Translations under genes and position numbers: made by a program
Source: Paragordius varius
Taxonomy: Eukaryota > Animalia > Nematomorpha
DNA length: 64,000 nucleotides
Reading direction: 5' to 3'
Assembly (NCBI GenBank): GCA_964247055.1
Contig: OZ176057.1
Coordinates: 5,270,001-5,334,000 of the forward strand
Shown: piece after piece, positions 22,550-34,300 of the stretch
How the letters are laid out: every line of letters starts with the position of its first letter
Numbering within the stretch: position 1 is the first letter of the stretch
Notes under the pieces: model-generated
Told to the model about the DNA's origin: nothing
Database searches by the model: none
What the model saw: only the letters and a program-made list of their open reading frames with translations

Positions 22550-25500
22550 GTTATTTTTATTAAGCAGTTTTTTAATTTATCAGTTATTCTAATAGTTGTT
22601 TTTATTAAGCAGTTGTTTTAATTAGTTGTTTATATAATCATTCGTTTTTATTAATCAGTTGTTTTTATTAATCAGTTGATTTAATTAATCAGTTGTTTTC
22701 ATTAATCAGTTGTATTAATTAATCAGTTGTTTTAATTAAGCAGTTGTTTTAGTTAATCAGTTGTTTTAATTAATCAGTTGTTTTAATTAATCAGTTGTTT
22801 TAATTAATCAGTTGTTTTAATTAATCATTCGTTTTTATTAATCAGTTGTTTTTATTAATCAGTTGATTTAATTAATCAGTTGTTTTCATTAATCAGTTGT
22901 ATTAATTAATCAGTTGTTTTAATTAAGCAGTTGTTTTAGTTAATCAGTTGTTTTAATTAATCAGTTGTTTTAATTAATCAGTTGTTTTAATTAATCAGTT
23001 GTTTTAATTAATCAGTTGGTTTAATTAATCAGTTGGTTTAATTAATCAGTTGGTTTAATTAATCAGTTGGTTTAATTAATCAGTTGGTTTAATTAATCAG
23101 TTGTTTTATTCAATCAGTTGTTTTATTCAATCAGTTGTTTTAATCAATCAGTTGTTTTTTAATCAGTTGTTTTTTAATCAGTTGTTTTTTAATCAGTTGT
23201 TTTTATTAATCAGTTGTTTTTATTAATCAGTTGTGTTTATTAATCAGTTGTGTTTATTAATCAGTTGTGTTTATTAATCAGTTGTTTTAATCAATCAGTT
23301 GTTTTAATCAATCAGTTGTTTTTTAATCAGTTGTTTTTTAATCAGTTGTTTTTATTAATCAGTTGTTTTTATTAATCAGTTGTGTTTATTAATCAGTTGT
23401 GTTTATTAATCAGTTGTGTTTATTAATCAGTTGTGTTTATTAATCAGTTGTTTTAATCAATCAGTTGTTTTTTAATCAGTTGTTTTTATTAATCAGTTGT
23501 TTTTATTAATCAGTTGTTTTTATTAATCAGTTGTTTTTATTAATCAGTTGTTTTTATTAATCAGTTGTTATTATTCATCAGTTGTTATTATTCATCAGTT
23601 GTTATTATTCATCAGTTGTTATTATTCATCAGTTGTTATTATTCATCAGTTGTTATTATTCATCAGTTGTTATTATTCATCAGTTGTTATTATTCATCAG
23701 TTGTTTTTATTAATCAGTTGTTTTTATTAATCAGTTGTTTTAAACAATCAGTTGTTTTAATTAATCAGTTGTTTTAAACAATCAGTTGTTTTAAACAATC
23801 AGTTGTTTTAAACAATCAGTTGTTTTAAACAATCAGTTGTTTTAATCAATCAGTTGTTTTTATTAATCAGTTGTTTTTATTAAGCAGTTGTTTTTATTAA
23901 TCAGTTGTTTTTATTAATCAGTTGTTTTAATTAATCAGTTGTTTTAATTAATCAGTTGTTATTATTAATCAGTTGTTTTTATTAATCAGTTGTTTTAATT
24001 AATCAGTTGTTTTAATTAATCAGTTGTTTTAATTAATCAGTTGTTTTAATTAAACAGTTGTTTTTATTAATCAGTTGTTTTAATTAATCAGTTGTTTTAA
24101 TCAATCAGTTGTTTTAATCAATCAGTTGTTTTAATCAATCAGTTGTTTTTATTAAGCAGTTGTTTTTATTAAGCAGTTGTTTTTATTAAGCAGTTGTTTT
24201 TATTAATCATTTGTTTTAATTAATCAGTTGTTTTAATTAATCAGTTGTTTTAATTAATCAGTTGTTTTTATTAATCAGTTGTTTTAATTAATCAGTTGTT
24301 TTAATTAATCAGTTGTTTTAATTAATCAGTTGTTTTAATTAATCAGTTGTTTTAATCAATCAGTTGTTTTTATTAATCAGTTGTTTTAATTAATCAGTTG
24401 TTTTAATTAATCAGTTGTTTTAATCAATCAGTTGTTTTTATTAATCAGTTGTTTTTATTAATCAGTTGTTTTTATTAATCATTTGTTTTTATTAATCATT
24501 TGTTTTTATTAATCAGTTGTTTTAATTAATCATTTGTTCTAATTAATCAGTTGTTTTAATTAATCATTTGTTTTAATAAATCATTTGTTTTAATAAATCA
24601 TTTGTTTTTATTAATCATTTGTTTTTATTAATCATTTGTTTTAATTAATCAGTTGTTTTAATCAATCAGTTGTTTTTATTAATCAGTTGTTTTTATTAAT
24701 CAGTTGTTTTTATTAATCATTTGTTTTTATTAATTTTTATTAATCAGTTGTTTTAAATAATCAGTTGTCTTAATTAATCAGTTGTTTTAATTAATCAGTT
24801 GTTTTTATTAATCAGTTGTTTTTATTAATCAGTTGTTTTTATTAATCAGTTGTTTTAATTAATCAGTTGTTTTAATTAATCAGTTGTTTTAATCAATCAG
24901 TTGTTTTTATTAAGCAGTTGTTTTTATTAAGCAGTTGTTTTTATTAAGCAGTTGTTTTTATTAATCATTTGTTTTTATTAATCATTTGTTTTAATTAATC
25001 AGTTGTTTTTATTAATCAGTTGTTTTTATTAATCAGTTGTTTTTATTAATCAGTTGTTTTTATTAATCAGTTGTTTTAATTAATCAGTTGTTTTAATTAA
25101 TCAGTTGTTTTTATTAATCAGTTGTTTTTATTAAGCAGTTGTTTTTATTAAGCAGTTGTTTTTATTAAGCAGTTGTTTTTATTAATCATTTGTTTTTATT
25201 AATCAGTTGTTTTAATTAATCAGTTGTTTCAATCAATCAGTTGTTTTTATTAAGCAGTTGTTTTTATTAAGCAGTTGTTTTTATTAAGCAGTTGTTTTTA
25301 TTAAGCAGTTGTTTTTATTAATCATTTGTTTTTATTAATCATTTGTTTTAATTAATCAGTTGTTTTAATTAATCAGTTGTTTTTATTAAGTAGTTGTTTT
25401 TATTAAGTAGTTGTTTGTATTAATCAGTTGTTTTTATTAATCAGTTGTTTTTATTAATCAGTCTTTTATTTATCAGTTGTTTTTATTAATCAGTTGCTTT

Positions 25501-25630
25501 TATTTATCAGTTGTTTTTATTAATCAGTTGTTTTAAATAATCAGTTGCTTTATTAATCACTTGTTTAATAATCAGTTGTTTAATAATCAGTTGTTTAATT
25601 AATCATTTGTTTTAATTAATCATTTGTTTT
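22550..25630. repeat. Satellite B: 17-bp unit (TATTAATCAGTTGTTTT and variants)
   Basis: About 180 tandem units. A 187-bp (11 x 17) higher-order repeat lies at ~22638/22825, and variants such as ATTCATCAGTTGTTATT occur in runs. Confidence 0.95.
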
Positions 25631-26867
25631 TAGTTTTTCGGCAAACATATGCCACCTTTTTTATATAAATTATAATATTTTAACCAATTAGCCATTTTAA
25701 TTAGCGTATTTGCAATTTTCATCTCAATATATTGTAACATACTATTTTTTTTTGTTTAGAATGTGTGATGTCTTACAGAAGTACGCAGGATTGACTTCTT
25801 GGCCTACTGCCCAACAAAACTGATGTAGAAAATACCGGGAATATTTCGGAATTGGGTAATTATTATTTTATATTTTGTTTTTGAATTATTATTTGAGTAT
25901 TTTAGTTAATAATTGTTTTGTTTTATAAATTCTGTATAAATCATTATTATCATAATCAACTTTTTTTATGTAATTAGCATTTATCATTTGTTTATTAGTT
26001 GTTTTAATTAATCAATTGTTTTTAGTTTTAAAATTGGCTAGCTTGAGATATTCTAAAGATATTTTTTTTAAAAAGAATATGTAGAGTATATAGAATATAA
26101 ATTTATAATTATCTATCGTTTGTAAAAAATTTGTATTTATTATTGTAACGTAATATTTAATCATCAATTATTACATTTTTCTTTAATTTACTGTAGAATG
26201 TGTTGTTAATGTAATCAGCAGCCCGAAACGTAAACGAAGTCTATTGAAAAAGCGTAATTGAATATTATGGATGAACTTGGTAATTAATTATATTTAGATT
26301 AAATTTTAGAACAGATTTTATTACTAGTTTTTCAACTTTACACTCTTTTCTTAAATTAAATAATTTTTTTATTAAAATTGATGAGTCTATTTTAATGCAC
26401 AATTAAATAAAATAATTGATTTAATTAATCATTTTTTTAATAAATTAACTATTTATAATAAACTTTTGATTTAAAACAAATTAGTTATTTTTATTAAGAT
26501 ATATATAATATTGTTCCTTTAATTTTTACCGCAAAATAACAAAATATCACTTTTTTAACATACTTCATGATTTTGTTAAATAACCATTTTTCTTGATCAG
26601 CTGTTTTTTGAATTTGATAGTTATAATTATTAAATAGTTTCAGTATATTTATTTTTTTAAATGATTATTAGTATTTGACTTTATATTTTATTTTATTTTT
26701 AGGAAACAAAATAGTATCTACTGTATTGCTGCCATACCAATTAAACTATTTACGTATATATTTTTAGTTACTTTTTACGTTATTAATAACCAATTGTCTA
26801 AATATTTTTTATTTTTTCCTTATTATTCAGAATCTGTTGTTTTAATTAATCAGGTTTAAAGCACTTT

Positions 26868-26980
26868 AAGGGCTTCGAGTTTGTGGGCTAGGGTTAGGGT
26901 GAGGGATTGGAGTTGGTTCATTTTCTTAAAGAAGTCCGCAGGACTTCCTCGGTCTGCGAAGCAGGCCGAGACCCACGCAT
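26868..26980 (-). repeat. Short GC-rich hairpin/telomere-like repeat, full copy (inverted)
   Basis: GGGCTAGGGTTAGGGTGAGGG at 26885-26905, then GAAGTCCGCAGGACTTC and CTCGGTCTGCGAAGCAGGCCGAG hairpins. A duplicate lies at 53059-53170. Confidence 0.85.
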
Positions 26981-28026
26981 ATCTTTTTAAATTAAATCTT
27001 TGTCTCTGAATTTTTTAGCTTTTGATTTATTTTAAAAAAGGATATTCTTTTTTTCCTATTTCTGTTTTTTGTTTAATTTTACACCATTTTATCAAAAGAC
27101 TTAAACATTATCTGAATTTTATTGGTCCGCAAACTTTTTAATGGACAGATCATATGCCATTTTTATTGCGTGTTTGGTTGATAGAATATTAAAGTATTTC
27201 GAGTTTATGGGCTGGGCTTATGTAAATCAAAGCAATTCTTTATTTTTTAAAATTGCAATACTAAAGCTGATTTTGGGTTTTAATTATGGAAGTAAACTGC
27301 TAATTTGTAAAGTAACCGCAAAAATTTATATTTAAAGTAGAATAGTTAGAAAGCAATTTTTTTCTTTATCGGTTAAAACCTTAATCTGGGCTTTTTCGGG
27401 ATTGAGCTAATTTTATTACGGGCTTTGAACAATTTTGTTTGGAAATACGATCTAATAATATTTCTTATACATTCACAAAAAAAAACTTGTTTTATTTGAC
27501 TACAAACTTTTAAATGTTATTTCTGCAGTGTTTGATCATATGATTTTGGCTGATCGAAATTAAAGGCTCCTTGGTTTTAGTTAATAACTGCTAATTTGTA
27601 AAGTAAAACCGCAAAATTTAAATTTGAAAGCGATTTTTTTCTGCCTTAGGACGCCTTTTCGGGACGATTCAGCTATTTTTTTACGGGGTTTGATTAATCT
27701 ACGTTGAATATTTTAAGGCGAGTTTGTGGGTTAGGGTTACAAATTATAAATAAACCGCAAAAATATTATCTAACTTCGAATCTTATAATATTTTTTATCA
27801 TTTTTTATATATCAGAACAGAACAAAGTGACTCAACTAGACATGAAATAAAACTAACTCACACAAGAATGAATATGAAACTAATGAATTAACTACACCAA
27901 GAATGAATATGAAACAATCACAATGAATGAAGAACAATTTATATAATAAGATTCAATAAATGATGATAATGTTTGATATATTGTTATTTTTAAAAAAAAT
28001 TAAAAAATATAAATAAATATATATAA

Positions 28027-28910
28027 CCCCCCCCCCCCCCCCAAAGGGCGAGAAAAAAAAATTAAAAAATATTCTAAGTCCAAAATTTTATTTTGAGCGT
28101 CCGGGAGTAAGAGTGCTCAAAATCAAATTTTGGACTTTGGGGCCTGACTCACTCTAAATGGGAGAAATAAATCCTTCTTCACACACGAGTGAGGAAAACA
28201 ACTCTCTCAAAATAACAAGAGCTGATTTTCCCCACTAGTGTGAAGGGGCATATTCCTCCCATTAGAGAGTCATCAGGCCCAAAACTCTCCACAAGTATAA
28301 TGAGAGTTTGTTGTGCCTTCAAGCCGAAGAGTGCCATCAATCAACTCCAGGCGCGATTTTCCTTTGTTAGGATCCGTGAAGGTCCCCGAAAGCTTGCTCC
28401 GTTTCAACCGATCCCATTTCCCCAACGCGTCAAAGTTAATCCACACCTAAATATTAGGTTTACCTCATAATCCGTAGGCTCCTTTTCCCGTATGGTTCTT
28501 GTTCATGTGCCCTCCCATATTCGGCCAATCCCAAATTCCAGGCAGTCGATCTCACCAGGGCTTCTGGAATCCGTGTTGAACGCCTTCCCCCATAGAGTTT
28601 ATCCCAATACACCTAAATTATACATTTACCTCGTAATCAGCAGGCTCTTTTCGGTTCGATACTTCATTCACTCACGAATCCTTGGTTGCTGGTCTTGAAT
28701 CACGTCCCCATCCCTGGTTGCCATTGGAGAAGAAGGCCTAAAGCCTTCAAATTAGTTCTTCCCAGCCTTCCTATATAATTTTTTTTCTGATTGCAATCAT
28801 AGGCGCTTAGATTTCTCAATACATCCATATATGTACTCTGGTTTTCCAAATTGCAAATTACATAAACTAACACTTTTATGGACATCTAAGCTTGTCCTTA
28901 GATTTTCTTT
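28027..28910. other. GC-rich island of unknown origin: C16 tract, two stacked hairpins and an internal ~175-bp duplication
   Basis: Hairpin 1 at 28076-28137 has a 24-bp stem; hairpin 2 at 28136-28284 has a long imperfect stem. The island is duplicated at 54273-55150. Confidence 0.75.
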
Positions 28911-31371
28911 TTAAGTAATTTTGATTTTTTTTATTAACTCAATTCTATGTTATATGCTCTCTTTATCTATTAAATCAGCGGAATTGGTTGGAATATGCTA
29001 ATATATTTTATATGGGTTGCTATATAATTAATGTATTGCTTGCATAAATATGATTTATTAAATTTTGCACATGGAACGCACAATTTCATTTAATTTATCT
29101 GATTTTCACTAGGATTATACCGATAAAGTTATTCCACGGAAATTTTAGCCCTCTTAATAATGAAAAATTTTTGGAAATTCTTTTATCAAATACATAAGAA
29201 TCATGTCATTTTATATATGACTTCAAAATTTTAAAATATTCCTAAGATGTGGGATATATAATTTGCCAGTAACACCAATTACGCTAACTCACAAGATTTT
29301 AACTTGCACAGTATATTAAATTATAAATTTAATTTAGGTTGACGTGTGCATAGATGCTGGAAAACGATACGATCTATCAAGGGAGATATTAACAGTACTA
29401 CTGTTGTATTAACCAAAGTGTTTCTATACCAAATAATTTGTTATGGATCATCTGATGGTGTAATCCTACCTGTTTGAATCACTTGGATGTTTCTTGAATG
29501 TTGATCTTCTTTAATTTGAAATTTTCTAATTAACTGTTGTTTATAAAATAAATTTTTAAATATTATTTTAGCTATTATTTGTAAAATATTTTACGTTTAA
29601 TACATTTTCGCTTATATGTAAAAAATATTCTAAAAATTGTATGACCGCAACTAAAGATAAAGTAAAGGGGTGCGATTTTTTGCAAGAATTTATCGTTAAA
29701 ATGGATATGACAAACATTTTTTTAGATATCCCACCGGTAAATTTATAGATATATAATTTGTAATATATTATATATATATATAAAATATGATATCAGTTAT
29801 TTAAATAAAAATATGGTTAAACAACATTTTTTTGTAGAAATATTACATTTTTTTTGTTTCCATAAAAAATAATTTAAGCAAGTTTTTAAGCTGCTTTTGT
29901 ATAAAAGTTTCATGTCAAACTACTTCGACGCAATTTTTATTTTACAAATTTTTTGAAAAATATCGTCTTCATTTAATTTTGAAGGTAATATTAAACTTTT
30001 TTTTCATCCAACTTTAATAGAGATAAAAAAGCGGTTGTATTATTTTTCATGTTTACCATTGCACATATGTCAAGTTGACTAAATTTTTACCTTTCGGTTT
30101 TAGCTTAAAATAAGTAATATTGAGTATTTTTGAATGAAATTTTTTATATATTTCGGATTATTGATGTTATATAAATTCAAAATTTTGCCATGGTTTCGAT
30201 TCCTTCCATATTTTTAGAGAATTTTAGAAGGACTAAAATGAATGTGTTTAAATTTACTATTCTTTTGGCACGATGATTGATATATATTTTTCCGTTTCTA
30301 TAGTCTCCATATATTTTCCAACTAAAATCAAGGAAGCTAATAATTCATTTTTATACAACTAAAATTATTCACATAACTCCCTATCAATTAATATTTTATT
30401 CGTTTATAGACCCCTCTATTCGAATATGGACAATGTAATTAAATATACATGTTGGATGTTTTTTCCTGTATTGTGTTGATTTCAAACAATTTTTTGAAAA
30501 TATAATATTCTCAATAAATTATTAATATACTGAATAATGTTTTAATGTCTTTTAACAGGAGAGATTATGTTATGAAACATGATTATTATTCAAAAAAATG
30601 TTATTTAATTGTTAGGCTGGACCGATGGTTGGTTTTTAAATACACCGAAAACCAAAACCAATAAACGATGACAAATTTAAAATTTATGATTTAATCACTA
30701 AACCAAACAATATAATGTTATCCGTTTAAATGGATTCAAATAATTGTAAAAATATCATAGATATTGCTAAGTGTTTGATATTTTGCAAGATAATCAACCA
30801 TTTTGAATTTAAGCCAATAAAATTATCATTATGTATCATAAGGATAAGTTAGTTTTAGATTGGTTATTTAATAAAAACGTTTACACCCTTTACTTGATTG
30901 TATTAATAACAAGTCTGGACCAACCTTACTTCCTGTTAACTCAATCAATTTTGGAATATTACTTGAAAATTATCCAAATGATTAATGCATAAGCAAATAT
31001 AAAATGTTGAATACTCTCAATTGTTTTTTGGGTTCATATGCCATCTTAGAAAAGTTAAATCCACTTTTTATGGTAATTACTCGAAATCGGAAAATCAGAA
31101 ATTGAGGGCATATTCAGGTTAAATTAATTCCTTTTATATTTCAATTTTTATATTTTAAATTTAATATATATGACAAAATGATTGCGCATGAAGAAAAATC
31201 TGGTATGTTTGTAACTTGATAAGGGCAAGCTTAACATAATTAATATACTATTAAATAATAAAAAATAATATATAACTTATATATTTATTTGCCTTAAAAT
31301 TTATAATCTACAAATTGTGATATTTGCTTTTTGTCATAAAATACGAGAGTCTTTAAAGGGATTAATAAATG

Positions 31372-34300
31372 CTACAAAATATCCATGCAAATTATAGCCT
31401 TCCGATGACCAGAATATTCTTTAACACCTATAGTTTTAAAGGCGTCTCCAGAATTCAGTAATTTCCAAAGCCTGGCTTTCCCGTCACTGCAAGCTAAAAA
31501 ATAGAGAAAAATCACGTAAAAATAGTTATAGGAGAAAAATTAATAAATACTAACTCTTTAGAACCGTGGACGAAAAAAAGATGGTTATAAAGATAATATT
31601 TTTAGTGTTTTAAATTTAATTACAAGGTTGGTGATAACTTTATTGTATTATATGTTTTCTATTTTATCTGAAATAAAAGTAAAATATTTATATATTAAAA
31701 CTATAAAAATAAAACCGTTTTGTCCGAAAAGCTTTTCGATGTAAAATCGTAAAACTTCAGAGTAAAAAGGACTTTAGAACAAAAAAAACCTTTTGTTTGA
31801 CTCTCAATATCTGTAAGCAAAATTCTAAAAGGGAAAGAAAAATATAATTTAAAACCAACCAGTTAATAAATATCTGTAAGATGTAAGAATTTTTCCATGA
31901 GCGTTATTCACATTATAATGTTTATTGATTTTGGCATCCAAATTTAAATCAGCAGGCATGGAAAATTCTGAACTTAGGAATCGCGAACACCAAACCCATT
32001 TATTAACAGCTGGGTGTTCTAATTTCCAACATCCTAGTAATATTATTATTATAATGTAATGTAAAAATAATTATTTTCCTATTTATTAGCAATAATAGTT
32101 AAAGATTTAGAAACTAATTTTTTTTTCTTACAAATTACCCATTCTTATGAAGAAGAAAAAACAAAATTGAATAAAAATATAATTATTTTTTATATTAAAT
32201 ATATATCGTCAACTATAAAAAAAATTAAACACATATCAGTACGAATTATTCTACTACCCGCGTATATATAAATTTTCAATCTAAATATACCATTTAGACT
32301 TCAAATTTACCATGGAACAATTCAATTCACCCTAATATAAATTATGTGTTCTTTTAAGATTAAAAATTACCTATTATTTGTTTAAAAAACTTTTTTTTGT
32401 GTGTAAATAAAATAATACTGAAAAATTAATAAACTATTCGCCATAAAGATATATTTCATATAAATGATGAGTTATATTAGCTGATCGAAAAACACATAAT
32501 TTATTTTTAGTGTAAATTTGAATTGTTCAAGGCTGTTTTAAATTGTAAATGGTATATTAAACGATTAATTAACTAAATTATATGTTCTATATCAAAAGAA
32601 CAAGGTTAGAAAATACTTCCATTAGCTTATTATCAAAGCCCAAAAATTAGCTCGTGTAATATTAAAAAAATATTAAATACCAAATTATATTTACATAATC
32701 TTAGTGGTAATTTATTATTTCTTAAAAGGAAATTTCATGGTTACGTCTTTTCAATTTTGGCAATCAAGTTGTGTAAATTGATAATAAATGGATGGTATAT
32801 CGTAAATTCATTACAGTATAGTCCATTTATTTTGGAAATTTTATGAATTATATTTTAATTCCAAATATCGTAAAATATATACAATCAAAACTTATTATAT
32901 ATATATATATAAATTTAATTTATACGGAGAAAATGTAAAAATATAACAAATTTTTTTCTTCAAAAGACAACCCCAACTTTTTAAAGCCTAATTTATCTTA
33001 TTAAAACCATTTAATAGCAATCGTTATGTCATTGATTGTGTTACCACAATATACGTCTCTATTTTATAATTTAAATTTTAAAACAATTAGTTATATTTAA
33101 AAAAATAAAGGTTTAAAAAGTATGGGGTTGTTTTTTAGAAAAGAATATTTATATTTATATATTTAATTTTTACTATATATATATATATATATATAAAATG
33201 TTTGTGTATATAATGATTTAAAAAAGAGCATAAGAATTCGTAAAAATAAATCAACAAATCTCCTATCAAGGCTAATTTTAACAAAAATTATAAAAATAAT
33301 TTTTTAAAACGGTTAATCTAAACTTTAGAATCAAGTTAAAATAATGTAATTATTCAAGAACCATTTAATATTTTTTTAATCAAAATATTTTTAAACCTTA
33401 TATTTTCCAAATTTAATTTATGGTTAAATTGAACAAAATGTTTACTGCCTACATATTTTACCTTGATTTTGAGATAACCTTTCTTTGAAACTTTCATCGT
33501 GATTGTTTGAATTCTCAAAAGTATTTCTCCATACTAAAGTTTGGCCTTTATCCGTACAAGTTGCTACATATCTAAAATAATAATACAGTAAAAATAAAGA
33601 CAAAAACGTACGAAAAACCCTTCATTATAAGCTCTCTATCGCTTTGAGTTACAAATTAATAAGAGAGATGTAAATTGTTAATAATATATTATTTTTATTT
33701 CACAATCTTAATCGTAGACCAAAAAAGTCCTATTGCTATAACGTATTCGCAATGTTGGCTGGGCCATAAAAATACGTCGACGACAAAAGACAGTTTTCTA
33801 ATGACTTTGGGCATGTGTGTTACGTTAAAAATTGCCTCAAATAACCATAAAGTATAAATATTATGAATATAAATTACTTTGTAATATGAAAACTCCGATC
33901 CAAAGCCTTACCCTTGATAACAATCTTAATCATAATGGACAGATAAAATTAATCAAATGGTCATAATATAGTTCTCTAAATAAATAAATATGTCTTTTAG
34001 TAATATACCTTTATAATTTAATTGTTATTTAAATGATAATAATATAAGAAATTTGAAAAAATAAACAAGCTTACAACTTTTTTTCTAGAATTTTGAATTT
34101 TGAAAAAACCAAAAAAAAGTAATTAAAACAAAATAACTTTGCATCAGGTGAAAATGTACAATTCAATACGTATTGGTTCATTTGTTCCGTCTTGCTTTGG
34201 AAACAATGTTGATTCGTATTAAAATTATCAAAGCTTTGTAGTAATAAATTACCATTTTCATCATTACAATGTAAAACTTCGTCGTCTGAAGTTGGCCCAT

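Noticed and set aside
23548-23777. ORFs LLFISCYYSSVVIIHQ...
   Set aside because: These are translations of the 17-bp satellite (3 units = 17 codons).
19230-25630. Tandem arrays as CRISPR arrays
   Set aside because: The units are contiguous with no unique spacers, there are no cas genes, and the context is eukaryotic.
25763-25825. Box C/D snoRNA (TGATG...CTGA)
   Set aside because: Box C is imperfect, there is no terminal stem or recognisable guide, and the segment is bounded by splice-like signals instead.
26885-26905. Interstitial telomere or chromosome-fusion site
   Set aside because: There are only 3-4 degenerate hexamers, embedded in a dispersed repeat, with no true array.
27141-27335. 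64-aa ORF and other short AT-rich ORFs (1461, 3596, 18100, 18511, 38238, 59282)
   Set aside because: The 27141 frame is broken by an indel in the duplicate at ~53330. The others overlap MITEs or simple repeats, or have the composition of random AT-rich DNA.
33675-33857. Plus-strand 60-aa ORF (also 59854-60036)
   Set aside because: The frame is broken by a 2-nt deletion in copy 1, whereas the minus-strand 39-codon frame stays open in all three copies.
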